Counted from the whole stretch's first letter, positions 9,377-18,205 are shown. The stretch: DNA of 63,989 bases, filler included, from Myxococcota bacterium (GCA_049322255.1; 3 parts of 3 records of this genome joined end to end with filler, not necessarily neighbours in it); one strand, 5' to 3'. Made by a program: numbers and translations. The notes: generated by a model from the letters alone, not told the origin.

Positions 9377-9426
9377 CGAAAACCCCTCCAGCCTTCTTCG
9401 TAGCCGAGACGGTTTCCGCTTTCACG

Positions 9427-9465
9427 AAAAACAAAGAGGCCCGCGCTCAGCTTCGAACGCGGGCC
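9427..9465 (-). terminator. Putative intrinsic terminator for the 9493-9978 gene
   Basis: GGCCCGCG-N12-CGCGGGCC stem followed on the minus strand by TCTTTGTTTTT. Confidence 0.6.
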
Positions 9466-9492
9466 CCGAAATGATGTCGAGTCGATGTCAGA

Positions 9493-9978
9493 TCAGTAGA
9501 TGGTGCCGCCTTCTTCCTTCTCCTGCTCCTCGGGGAGCTGCTCCTCGCCCGGCTGCTGTCCGGCGCCCCCGGTCCCCGGCTCATGCATGCCCGGCGGAGG
9601 CATGGTCGGCTCTCCTGGGCGCACCTGAGAAATCTGGGTGGCGACGTTGTTGGTGCCGTCGATGTTGAAGCTCGCCCGCACCGGCTGCCCTTCACGCAGG
9701 CTCGCGCGGTCGAAGCCCGTCTCACCGACGTACTTGGTGTTCTTGTCCAGCTTGAGGGGAATGATGACCCCGGTTTGCGGGTGCTTGAGGAAGAGTTGCT
9801 TCGTTTCGACCTTCACCACCTCGCCCATGATTTCGTTCGCCCCCGCCATTCCCGCGCCACCCATACCTGCCTGGGTCTGCTGCTCCTTCTTCGCTTCTTC
9901 ACCGGCTGCACCAGCGAGCGCCACGCCCGCGCTTCCTATGGCAATGGCCGCGGCGATGCCTATGAGCTTGCGTCCCAT
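9493..9978 (-). CDS. Secreted hypothetical protein (OB-fold/DUF5666-like)
   Basis: GGAGG RBS; signal peptide ...GVALA; GEVVKV...LKLDKNTKY...LREGQPVRASF beta-rich core. Confidence 0.7.
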   Translation of the reverse strand: MGRKLIGIAAAIAIGSAGVALAGAAGEEAKKEQQTQAGMGGAGMAGANEIMGEVVKVETKQLFLKHPQTGVIIPLKLDKNTKYVGETGFDRASLREGQPVRASFNIDGTNNVATQISQVRPGEPTMPPPGMHEPGTGGAGQQPGEEQLPEEQEKEEGGTIY

Positions 9979-10117
9979 GTGCTACCTCCCAGTTGAGGGT
10001 TCGATTGGAAAAGTAAGGCCCGTATGCCGACCTACCACTGGCGCCCGCACGCTTGGCTGGAGGGCATTTTGGATTTCTTGAACGGCCTCGGGGTTTCCTC
10101 TAGCGTCGGTAGCCCTC

Positions 10118-10378
10118 ATGCCTCCGACGCCGAAGTCCTCCGAAGCCGCCCCCACCGAGCCCCTCTACCCGGCGATCGAGTCGTTCATCGAGCGTGCCTC
10201 CGCCGAGCAGGTGCAGGAGCTGTTCACCCCCATTCGCCAGGGGCTGGCCGGCCTCAAAGGCCCCAAGGCAGAGCACGCCAAGAAAGTGCAAAAGGCGATC
10301 GCCGCCGCCGAAGAGCTTCTTTCTCACCTTCTGCAAGTGCGCGAAAGGCTTGAGGCGGAGCGCCAGGGGCAGAAGTAG
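10118..10378 (+). CDS. Small helical protein at the head of the T3SS cluster (positional SctE/YscE-like needle co-chaperone)
   Basis: 86 aa, all-helical; lies just before the needle-like gene and a TPR gene, as in yscE-F-G. Confidence 0.55.
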   Translation: MPPTPKSSEAAPTEPLYPAIESFIERASAEQVQELFTPIRQGLAGLKGPKAEHAKKVQKAIAAAEELLSHLLQVRERLEAERQGQK

Positions 10379-10380
10379 GC

Positions 10381-10407
10381 GCAACTGCTCAAAGAGCCGG
10401 CCGATAA
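10381..10407 (+). promoter_or_regulatory. Putative sigma-28 (FliA-type) promoter
   Basis: Exact GCCGATAA -10 at 10400-10407; GCAAC at the -35 position (10381), canonical TAAAG/TCAAG; 88 bp upstream of the ATG at 10495. Confidence 0.6.
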
Positions 10408-10494
10408 CCCAAGTGAGCGACCCAGTCGAGGCTGGGATGAGCGCTTTTGGTACCATTTCGGAATACCGACACTTACGCAGCACCAGGAGGACTT

Positions 10495-11079
10495 ATGGCA
10501 GGCCCCAACCGCATCGACCCCACCCCGGTCCGTATCTCGACGAACCTCTCGATTGACCGGCAGACCCCCAAGACGGACTTCGGCGACCGCGTGAAGGCGG
10601 GGCTGGACAATGCCGCAGGCGCCGTGGCCAATGGCGCGGCGTTGGCGGCGCCCTTCGTGCCCGGCGGCGCCATCGTCTCCGCGGCCGTCTCCTCGGTCAC
10701 CCAGATGAGCTCGGGCACCGCGTCGGGCCAGGCCACCTCGGCGGCCTATGCCGCGACGGGGGTGGTGAACCTCCCGGGCGCCGGCACCGGCGGCATCAAC
10801 ACCACCGTCGGCCCCACCGGCGCGGCGGGCAACACCAGCGGAATGCCTGGCGTGGGCAGCACCGTGGGCGGGCAGCCCACCAGCCTGCCCGGCACCACCG
10901 GCTCGGGCGGCACCCTGTCGCAGATGAGCTCCGACTTGGTGGCCGCGCAGGCGGAGAACGCCAAGCTGATGCAGGTGCAGATCGCCATGCAGCGCGAGAA
11001 CCAGGTCTTCTCCACCGTCTCCAACGTGCTCAAGACCCGGCACGACACGGTGAAGAACACCATCTCCAACGTCCGCTAA
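10495..11079 (+). CDS. T3SS needle/filament-like subunit (SctF-like C-terminus, long Gly/Thr-rich N-terminal extension)
   Basis: AGGAGG RBS; C-terminus LMQVQIAMQRENQVFSTVSNVLKTRHDTVKNTISNVR resembles the needle/pilus C-terminal helix (SNxxKxxxDxxxxIIxNxR). Confidence 0.65.
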   Translation: MAGPNRIDPTPVRISTNLSIDRQTPKTDFGDRVKAGLDNAAGAVANGAALAAPFVPGGAIVSAAVSSVTQMSSGTASGQATSAAYAATGVVNLPGAGTGGINTTVGPTGAAGNTSGMPGVGSTVGGQPTSLPGTTGSGGTLSQMSSDLVAAQAENAKLMQVQIAMQRENQVFSTVSNVLKTRHDTVKNTISNVR

Positions 11080-11088
11080 GCGAGTGTT

Positions 11089-11137
11089 GAAGGGTAGGGG
11101 CCCTCGCCCTTACCCTCTCTCCCACAGGGAAAGGGGA
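11089..11137 (+). repeat. REP-like palindromic repeat / probable transcript-end hairpin
   Basis: CCCTCGCCCTTACCCTCTCTCCCACAGGGAAAGGGGA directly after the needle-like gene stop. Confidence 0.65.
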
Positions 11138-11201
11138 GCGCGCCGTCCTCCGTGCTATACGGGGCTCGTCATCTCCTCGCAGAAAGGACGGACGCACCCC
11201 C

Positions 11202-11654
11202 ATGGCAGAGGCCGCCTCGGAGATTTCGAACAGCCTGGTCCCCACCGGCAAACAGCAGGCGAGGATTCTGCTCGAGGCCGGCTACCTGTGGATGGACATG
11301 GGCAAGCTCGACAAGGCCAAGGCGGTGCTCCAGGGCGCCGCGGCCTTGATGCCCAAGAGCGAAGTGCCGCAGCTCGCTTTGGGCACGCTCGAGTTCGTCC
11401 AAGGCAAGCACGAGAAGGCGCTGCAGGCCTACCGGGCGGCGCAGAAGCTCGCTCCCCGCTCTGGGCTGCCCCGCGCACACTGCGGGGAGGCGCTCTTGTT
11501 CATGGGCAAGGTGAACGAGGCGATGAAGGAGCTCAAGGCCGCGATGGAAATCGAGCCCCAGGGCGACGGGGCGCGGCTGGCCAAGGCGCTCCTCGAAGCC
11601 AAAGAGGTGGGGGTTTTGCCGCCGCCGAAAGAGAAGAAGGAAAAGAAGAAGTAA
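11202..11654 (+). CDS. TPR-type T3SS chaperone (YscG/SycD-like)
   Basis: AAGGA RBS; about three TPR units (KAKAVLQGAAALMPK, KALQAYRAAQKLAP, EAMKELKAAMEIEP); extended -10-like TGCTATAC at 11153. Confidence 0.75.
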   Translation: MAEAASEISNSLVPTGKQQARILLEAGYLWMDMGKLDKAKAVLQGAAALMPKSEVPQLALGTLEFVQGKHEKALQAYRAAQKLAPRSGLPRAHCGEALLFMGKVNEAMKELKAAMEIEPQGDGARLAKALLEAKEVGVLPPPKEKKEKKK

Positions 11655-11680
11655 CGACGGGGGCACTCGAGGAGAGCACG

Positions 11681-12067
11681 ATGAGAGTCGGAGGCGGTGG
11701 CAAAAAAGGCGGCGTGGGTGGGCCCAAGGGCGCCACAGGGGCGACGAAGACGGGGAAGGTCAGCTTCGGCGGCAAAATCGACAAGACCGAGGCGGTGGAG
11801 CGCACCAGCGGGGTGGTGGGCGCAGGGGGCGTCGGCGGGGTGCAGGCGGCCGACCCGGTCACCACGCAGGCCTTGGACATCGCCCGCCTGCTCAAGAGCG
11901 GGCAAATCAAGTCCAAAGAGGAGGCCACCAAGAAGCTCGTCGCCGAAGTCTTGCGCGAAAAAGTTCGCATGCAGTCGCGCGCCCTCACCGACCGCATCGC
12001 CGACACCCTTCAAGACGACCCGCGGCTCACCCAAGCCCTGGAGCGTCTCTGGTCTTCGGCGGAGTAA
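11681..12067 (+). CDS. T3SS-associated hypothetical protein, possible FlgM-like anti-sigma factor
   Basis: GAGGAG RBS; disordered Gly/Lys-rich N-half, helical C-half; directly upstream of the sigma gene. Confidence 0.6.
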   Translation: MRVGGGGKKGGVGGPKGATGATKTGKVSFGGKIDKTEAVERTSGVVGAGGVGGVQAADPVTTQALDIARLLKSGQIKSKEEATKKLVAEVLREKVRMQSRALTDRIADTLQDDPRLTQALERLWSSAE

Positions 12068-12072
12068 CCTCG

Positions 12073-12852
12073 TTGGCCCTGAACGAGGACAAAAGCCGGA
12101 TTCTCGAGAAGTACGGGCCCTACGTCCGTTCTTTGGCCGTCACCGTCCGAAAACAGTTCAACCACGCCCTCGAGCTGGACGAGTTGATGGCATACGGGCA
12201 GATGGGGCTGCTCGAGGCGGCGGAGCGCTTCGATGCGAAGGTGGGAGCGAACTTCCTCACCTTCGCGCACTACCGCATCAAGGGCGCCATTTACGACGGC
12301 CTGCGAAAGATGGGAATTCTCAGGGGTTCTGACGCGCGCGCCGTCTATGTAGGTGAACGTGCGAGCGCCTACCTGGGGAATCTCTCCGATCGTGAGCAAG
12401 GGGGAGGCAACTGGCGGGGGTCGGTCGACGATGATGTCAGAGACATCTCCAACGCGGTGACTGGCCTGGCGATGGTGTTCGCCACCAGCATGGACGCGAT
12501 GGACGGCCTGCATCTGGCCGACGACCAGATGCCTGCGGACCAGCGGTTGGAGCTGGAGCAGCTCAAAAAGCGGGTGCGGGCGGCGATTGACCGGTTGCCG
12601 GAGAAGGAACGAAACCTACTGACGGGGTACTACTTTCAGGCCAAGACGTTGGAGGAGGCCGGGGCGGCGATTGGGCAGTCGAAGAGCTGGGCGTCGAGGC
12701 TTCACGCACGGGCGATCGAGCAGTTGAAGAAGATGTTGAACGAGGAGGAGTCACATGGCGGGACCACTCGGCGGAATCTCGGCGGCGCAAGCAGCGCAGC
12801 AGAAGCTCCAAGACCAGGGCGCCACCCAAAAGCTCAAGCAGGGCCCAAGTAA
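12073..12852 (+). CDS. RNA polymerase sigma factor, FliA/WhiG (sigma-28) family
   Basis: Region 2 LDELMAYGQMGLLEAAERFDAKVGANFLTFAHYRIKGAIYDGLRK; region 4 AIDRLPEKERNLLTGYYFQAKTLEEAG; TTG start. Confidence 0.88.
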   Translation: MALNEDKSRILEKYGPYVRSLAVTVRKQFNHALELDELMAYGQMGLLEAAERFDAKVGANFLTFAHYRIKGAIYDGLRKMGILRGSDARAVYVGERASAYLGNLSDREQGGGNWRGSVDDDVRDISNAVTGLAMVFATSMDAMDGLHLADDQMPADQRLELEQLKKRVRAAIDRLPEKERNLLTGYYFQAKTLEEAGAAIGQSKSWASRLHARAIEQLKKMLNEEESHGGTTRRNLGGASSAAEAPRPGRHPKAQAGPK

Positions 12853-13312
12853 GTTCGACCAGGCGCTCAAGGCGCAAGGAACCCAAGGGCCCGAGGGCGT
12901 GCAACAGGCCCAAGGAACGCAGAAAGCTCAGGCGGCCCAGGCCGCGCAGCGCGTCGACCAGGCGCGGCAGGTGGAGCAGGTCGCCAAGGCGGAGAAGGCG
13001 GCCCTGAACAAGACCTCGGCGCTCGCCAACCGCGAGGTGCGCGGCACCCTGCCCACCGATCCGGTCACCCAGAAGACCGAGGTGAGCAAGGCCACCAGCG
13101 TGATGACCCACATGCTCGAGGGCATCGAGAAGGGTCAGGGCGTGATGGACAAGCTCATTGCCGCGGGAGTGTCGGGAAAGAACTTCTCCTCGGGCGAGCT
13201 GCTCGCGCTCCAGGCGGGAATGTACAAGTACACCCAGGAGCTGGAGCTGACCGGCAAGGTGGTGGAGAAGGCCACCAGCGGCCTCAAGGACACCCTGAAG
13301 ACGCAGGTGTAA
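12755..13312 (+). CDS. sctI: T3SS inner rod protein, SctI-like
   Basis: C-terminal ELLALQAGMYKYTQELELTGKVVEKATSGLKDTLKTQ matches the YscI/HrpB2 pattern; immediately before sctJ; GAGGAG RBS. Confidence 0.75.
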   Translation: MAGPLGGISAAQAAQQKLQDQGATQKLKQGPSKFDQALKAQGTQGPEGVQQAQGTQKAQAAQAAQRVDQARQVEQVAKAEKAALNKTSALANREVRGTLPTDPVTQKTEVSKATSVMTHMLEGIEKGQGVMDKLIAAGVSGKNFSSGELLALQAGMYKYTQELELTGKVVEKATSGLKDTLKTQV

Positions 13313-13351
13313 GTCGCCGCTCTTGCCAAGCCGTAGTAAGGTGCCGCCTCG

Positions 13352-14155
13352 ATGACTTCGCGCGCGGGGCGGTTCCTGGTTGGGTGGCTCGTCACGGCGA
13401 CGCTCGTGGGCTGCACCGTCGAGCTGCAGCACGACCTGGAAGAAGACGACGCCAACGACATCTACGTCCTTTTGCAGAAGAACGGCATCGAGGCCAAGAA
13501 GCTCAAGGACGAGGGAGGCAACGAGCCGCGCTACGTCATCAGCGTGGCCAAGGGCGACGTGGCCACCGCCGCTCAGCTCTTGCGCGAATATTCGCTCCCC
13601 CGGCCCAAGGCCGAAGGGCTGGGCATCTTCCGCAAGAGCAAGGGAATGATTCCCACCCAGACCGAGGAGCGCGCGATGTACATCGAGGCGCTCGGCGGCG
13701 AGGTGTCGAACGCCCTCAACCGGGTGCCCGGGGTGCTCGAGGCACGCACCATCGTGGTGATGCCCGAGGTGAACGACCTCACCCAGCCGGACAAGAAGCC
13801 CGAGCCCTCGGCTTCCGTGTTCGTCAAGTACCGCCCGGTGGCCGACGGCAAGGCGCCCTTGTCGGATGAAGACATCAAGGCCTTCGTCGCCACCGCGGTG
13901 CCGGAAATGAAGGCGGCCAACGTCACCGTGCTCAAGACCTTGGCCATGCCGCCCGAAGCCGAAGGCAGCCCGGAGCAGCGCATGGTGACCGTCTTCTCCT
14001 TGCGCATGGCCAAAGGGAGCGCCGATCAGTTCAAGCTGATGGTGCTCGGGGCGGGGCTGTTCGTTTTGGCGATGGTCGCCGTCGCCGGGTGGAGCCTGAC
14101 CCGGGGCGGCACGAGCAGCGCAGCCAAGGCCAGGGCACGCGCGCGGGTGGAATAG
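13352..14155 (+). CDS. sctJ: T3SS inner-membrane ring lipoprotein SctJ (YscJ/HrcJ)
   Basis: Lipobox LVGC; LEEDDANDIYVLLQKNGIEAKK; GMIPTQTEERA...EVSNALNRVPGVLEAR; SASVFVKY; C-terminal TM; too short for FliF. Confidence 0.92.
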   Translation: MTSRAGRFLVGWLVTATLVGCTVELQHDLEEDDANDIYVLLQKNGIEAKKLKDEGGNEPRYVISVAKGDVATAAQLLREYSLPRPKAEGLGIFRKSKGMIPTQTEERAMYIEALGGEVSNALNRVPGVLEARTIVVMPEVNDLTQPDKKPEPSASVFVKYRPVADGKAPLSDEDIKAFVATAVPEMKAANVTVLKTLAMPPEAEGSPEQRMVTVFSLRMAKGSADQFKLMVLGAGLFVLAMVAVAGWSLTRGGTSSAAKARARARVE

Positions 14156-14158
14156 CGG

Positions 14159-15634
14159 TTGGAACAGTTCTTCGCCGCCCTTTCCAAGCGCCAGAGCATG
14201 CTCCTGCTCACCGCGGTGACGTTCGGGGGCTCGGAGTGCCCTTCGGCGCTCGACCACTTGCCGCCCGACGAGGCAGAGCTGCTTCAGTTTCGCGCCGCCG
14301 AGATGCTGCAGATTCCCCGGGAGAAGCGCATTCCGCTCCTGGTGCAGGAGATCAAGCGGCTGGTGAAGACCCAGCGGCGAATGCTCAACTCCGCCGACCC
14401 CGAGCGGCTGGCGGTGGTGCTTTCCAAGGAGCGTGGGGCGCTGCAGCAGGTGGTGCTGCGTGCCTTGCCGGCCTCGATCGCCGAAGGGGCCCGGGCGCTG
14501 CTCCAACGCCGGGAGCTCTCCTTGAAGAAGGAGGTCAAGCCCGAGATTCTCAACATCGTGCGCTGGAAGCTGGAGGAGCTGCTTGCGCGCGACGTGCCGC
14601 GACACGGTGTCTTCAAGTTCACCGACATCCTCTTGTTGCACGCACGCGAGCTGGTGACCCTGTGCGACCGCATGGGAGCGCGGGCGCTGGCGACGGCGAT
14701 CGCCGGTTTGCCCGAGGAGGAGCGCAAGGCGTTCTTCGACGCGCTCTCTCCCGACCAGCGGACGCTGGCGATGCGTGCCTCCGAGGCCGGGGCGGACCGG
14801 CGGCTGAACGTCGACGACGCCAAGACCATTCTTTCGCTGTACGACGCGCAGAAGCGCCCTTCGACGGGCATGCGCAGCGCCGGCGTGCAGCGGCTGGCGC
14901 GAGCGTGTCTTGCCCAGTCGCCCGAGTTCGCCGCCCGCATGCTCGAGCGCCAGAGCGGAGAGATCGGCAAGCTTTTGGCCAAGTGGGTGCGCGAGGAACG
15001 CCACCGGCCGATTCGCGGCGACGGAGGGCGCGCCGACATGGTCGAGCAGCTGGAGCGGTTGGCGCAGAAGGGCGTCGTCGAACGGCCGCTGCGTTTACCT
15101 CCTCCTCCCAAGCGCCCGGTGCCGCCCATGCCCGCCGGCCGGCTGCTGGCGCCGCCGCCGAAGTCGGTGGGAGAGCGCGCGGCGCAGCGTCTGCCGCCGC
15201 CTCCGGCGAAGGGGCCGGGTGGAGTGATTGCTCCCCCGCCGCCTCGGAGAGACCCGATCGCCGAGCGCGCGGCCAAGCGGGCAGGAGCGGTGGGTAGAGG
15301 GGGGCCTTCCGAGCGCCGGCGAGATCCGATCGCCGAACGGGAAGCACGCCGGGCGGGGGCCTTCGTCGCCCCGCGGCCGCCGGAGCCCTCCACCGACCCT
15401 GAGCGTTCCGTGGTGCCGCGGCGCATCTTGCGCGAGGGGCCCGACGGTCAGTGGGACAACGCCGACACCCTTCCTCCTCAGGGAAAAGCCCAATTGAGCC
15501 CGGTGCTTACCCGCCCTCCTCAGCGCAAGGCAGGGGTGATTGCGGGCACGGTGGTGAGCCGTCCGCCCCGCCCCACGGGGTCGAAGGCGGTGCTCAAAGG
15601 GCCGAACCGTGGACCCAAGGACGGTTCGGGCTAG
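14159..15634 (+). CDS. T3SS protein in the SctK/FliG position, with Pro/Arg-rich tail
   Basis: Located between sctJ and sctL; helical N-terminal ~300 aa, low-complexity C-terminus. Confidence 0.55.
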   Translation: MEQFFAALSKRQSMLLLTAVTFGGSECPSALDHLPPDEAELLQFRAAEMLQIPREKRIPLLVQEIKRLVKTQRRMLNSADPERLAVVLSKERGALQQVVLRALPASIAEGARALLQRRELSLKKEVKPEILNIVRWKLEELLARDVPRHGVFKFTDILLLHARELVTLCDRMGARALATAIAGLPEEERKAFFDALSPDQRTLAMRASEAGADRRLNVDDAKTILSLYDAQKRPSTGMRSAGVQRLARACLAQSPEFAARMLERQSGEIGKLLAKWVREERHRPIRGDGGRADMVEQLERLAQKGVVERPLRLPPPPKRPVPPMPAGRLLAPPPKSVGERAAQRLPPPPAKGPGGVIAPPPPRRDPIAERAAKRAGAVGRGGPSERRRDPIAEREARRAGAFVAPRPPEPSTDPERSVVPRRILREGPDGQWDNADTLPPQGKAQLSPVLTRPPQRKAGVIAGTVVSRPPRPTGSKAVLKGPNRGPKDGSG

Positions 15635-15658
15635 GATTGAGCCCCGAAGGAGCCCCCG

Positions 15659-16366
15659 ATGGAAGACGGCCCTCGGGACGAGAAGCGTCCGAGCGCAAAT
15701 GTGCGGGTGAGCAAGGTCATCAAGGGGGATGCTGCGCCCGATGCAGTGCCCGCCGACCGGCTCCTTTTGCGCCCGCCTCGTCCGGGGGTGCTCAACGCAG
15801 AGGAGTTCGAGGCGCGCACCAATGCCCAGAAAATCATCGAGGACGCCGAGCGCAAGAAGCAGGAGATTCTCGACGAGGCCAACCGTCAGCGTGAGGAGAT
15901 CTTCGAGAAGGCGCGCGACGAGGCGCGGGCGGAGGTGGCGGCGCAGGCCTCCGCAGAGCTCGCCAAGGCGAAGATGCAGGCCGGGCAAATCATCGCCGGC
16001 GCCGAGCAGCAAATCGTTCAGCTCGCGCTGAAGGTGGCGGAGAAGATCATCGGCCAAGACCTCGAGCGGGACCCGGAGGTGCTCCTGCGCATCTGCGCCA
16101 CCGCCATGGAGAACGTGCGCCAGGCGAACGCCATGGTCCTCAAGGTCAACCCCAAGGACGGCCGCTTCTTGAGAGAGAAGCGCGCGGGGTTGATGGAGCT
16201 CTTGGGGCGTACCCTCGACCTGTCGATCAAAGACGACTCCGACGTCGAGCCGGGCGGCTGCATCATCCAGACCGAGTTCGGCACCATCGATGCGCAGCTG
16301 AAGACCCAGTACGAGATGCTCAAGAACGTGCTCGTCCCCGACACCGGGAAGAAGGAGCCGAAGTGA
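15659..16366 (+). CDS. sctL: T3SS stator SctL / FliH family
   Basis: Coiled N-half; LALKVAEKIIG, LKVNPKD, DSDVEPGGCIIQTEFGTIDA. Confidence 0.92.
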   Translation: MEDGPRDEKRPSANVRVSKVIKGDAAPDAVPADRLLLRPPRPGVLNAEEFEARTNAQKIIEDAERKKQEILDEANRQREEIFEKARDEARAEVAAQASAELAKAKMQAGQIIAGAEQQIVQLALKVAEKIIGQDLERDPEVLLRICATAMENVRQANAMVLKVNPKDGRFLREKRAGLMELLGRTLDLSIKDDSDVEPGGCIIQTEFGTIDAQLKTQYEMLKNVLVPDTGKKEPK

Positions 16367-16388
16367 TGGCCCAGCAGGGGAGCCAGCG

Positions 16389-17699
16389 ATGGCCATCGAC
16401 CTGACGCGCTACCAGCAGCTGGTGAAGGAGGCGCAGCTCGTGCGGGTGCGCGGGCGGGTCACCGAGCTCACCGGCTTGGTGATCAAGGCCGCGGTGCCGG
16501 GGGTGCGGGTGGGCGAGGTGGTGGAGATACGCGGTCGCTCGCGCCAGATGGTCCGCGCCGAGGTGGTCGGCTTTCAGGGCGAGGAGGTCATGCTCATGCC
16601 CTTGGGCGAGCTGACCGGCATCGGCCCCGACTCCGAGGTGATACCCACCGGCAAGCCGCTGACCATCAAAGTGGGAGATGGGCTTTTGGGGCGGGTGCTC
16701 TCGGGGCTGGGCGAGCCGATCGACGGCAAGCCGCTCCCGGAAGGATTGCTTGACTGGTCGGTGGACCGCGACTGCCCCGACCCCTTTCTGCGCCGGCGCA
16801 TCGAGCGGCCGTTGGCGCTGGGGCTGCGCTGCATCGACGGTCTGCTCACCGTGGGGGAAGGACAGCGTATCGGCCTGTTCGCCGGCTCGGGCGTGGGCAA
16901 ATCCACCCTCATGGGGCAGATCGCCCGCCAGGCCCACGCCGAGCTCGCGGTGATCGCCCTCATCGGCGAGCGCGGGCGCGAGGTGCGCGAGTTCATCGAG
17001 GACTCCTTGGGGGAGGAGGGCCTTCAGCGCTCGGTGGTGGTGTGCGCGACCTCCGACCAGCCCTCGCTGGTTCGCCTGCGTGCCGCCTTCGTGGCCACCT
17101 CCATCGCCGAGTACTTTCGTGACCGGGGCGGCAACGTGCTCTTCATGCTCGACACGGTGACCCGTCTGGCCCGCGCCCAGCGCGAGATCGGCCTGGCCAT
17201 CGGCGAGCCCCCCGCGCGGCAGGGTTACCCGCCGTCGGTGTTTTCGATGCTGCCGCGCATTCTCGAGCGCACCGGCAACTCGGACAAAGGTGGCTGCACC
17301 GCCATCTACACGGTGCTCGTCGCCGGGGGCGACATGGAAGAGCCGATCGCCGACGAGGTGCGCGGTATTCTCGACGGTCACTTCATCTTGAACCGCGCGT
17401 TGGGCGAGCGAAACCAGTGGCCGGCGATGGACGTTTTGGCCTCGCTCTCCCGCGTGATGAGCGGCATCGCCTCGCCCGAGCACAAGCAAGCCGCCGGCAA
17501 GCTGCGCGAAACGCTCGCCACCTACGAGAAGCAGCGCGACCTCATCTTGCTGGGCGCGTACCAGTACGGCACCGACCCGAAGACCGACTACGCCATCGAC
17601 AAGTACGAGGCGATCATCGACTTCCTCAAGCAGGGGACGGACGAGAACGCCTCCTTCGAGGAGACGGTCCAGCAGCTGATTGGCCTGTTCGAAGAGTAG
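16389..17699 (+). CDS. sctN: T3SS ATPase SctN / FliI family
   Basis: GEGQRIGLFAGSGVGKS, LIGERGREVREF, GYPPSVF, ADEVRGILDGH. Confidence 0.97.
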   Translation: MAIDLTRYQQLVKEAQLVRVRGRVTELTGLVIKAAVPGVRVGEVVEIRGRSRQMVRAEVVGFQGEEVMLMPLGELTGIGPDSEVIPTGKPLTIKVGDGLLGRVLSGLGEPIDGKPLPEGLLDWSVDRDCPDPFLRRRIERPLALGLRCIDGLLTVGEGQRIGLFAGSGVGKSTLMGQIARQAHAELAVIALIGERGREVREFIEDSLGEEGLQRSVVVCATSDQPSLVRLRAAFVATSIAEYFRDRGGNVLFMLDTVTRLARAQREIGLAIGEPPARQGYPPSVFSMLPRILERTGNSDKGGCTAIYTVLVAGGDMEEPIADEVRGILDGHFILNRALGERNQWPAMDVLASLSRVMSGIASPEHKQAAGKLRETLATYEKQRDLILLGAYQYGTDPKTDYAIDKYEAIIDFLKQGTDENASFEETVQQLIGLFEE

Positions 17700-17713
17700 G
17701 ATGAGCCTCGCCC

Positions 17714-18205
17714 ATGCCTCCGTACCGCTTACAGACGTTGCTCGAGATGCGCGAGCGCGCCGAAGAAGAGGCCAAACAGGCCTTCTCCGAGGCGATGCAG
17801 GCGTTGGCCAAGGAACGGGCTGAGCTGTCGCGCCTCCAAGCCGAGCTGGAAAAAAAGAAGCAAGAACGGAAGGCCAAGGTAAAGGCGTATGTCGAAGAGG
17901 TGATGTCCAAGGGCGGCGGGGCCGGCGGGCTTTCGATGATGAACCGCTACGAGGAGCGCCTCAAAGACGAGGAGACCCAGCTCGCCCTGGAGATCGAACG
18001 CCAGGCGGAAGCGGTGAAGAGGGCCGAAGACTTGGTGGAAGAGCGCCGCGCCCAGATGGCCGAGGCGGCCAAGGAGAAGAAGGCGATCGAGAAGCACAAG
18101 GAGAACTGGAACAAAAAGGTGCGCGCCGAGCGCGAGATGCGCGAAGAGTTGAATCAGGAGGAGATCGGCAACGCGCTGTACCTGGCCAGGCAGAGGAAGC
18201 AATGA
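17714..18205 (+). CDS. sctO: T3SS stalk SctO / FliJ family
   Basis: YRLQTLLEMRERAEEEAK start, long coiled coil, directly after the ATPase. Confidence 0.85.
   Translation: MPPYRLQTLLEMRERAEEEAKQAFSEAMQALAKERAELSRLQAELEKKKQERKAKVKAYVEEVMSKGGGAGGLSMMNRYEERLKDEETQLALEIERQAEAVKRAEDLVEERRAQMAEAAKEKKAIEKHKENWNKKVRAEREMREELNQEEIGNALYLARQRKQ

Noticed and set aside
12563..15004. Long antisense ORFs (e.g. 12563-15004, 28648-30453, 50974-52287, 61223-63181)
   Set aside because: These are typical stop-poor shadows opposite well-supported genes in high-GC DNA and contain no recognisable motifs.
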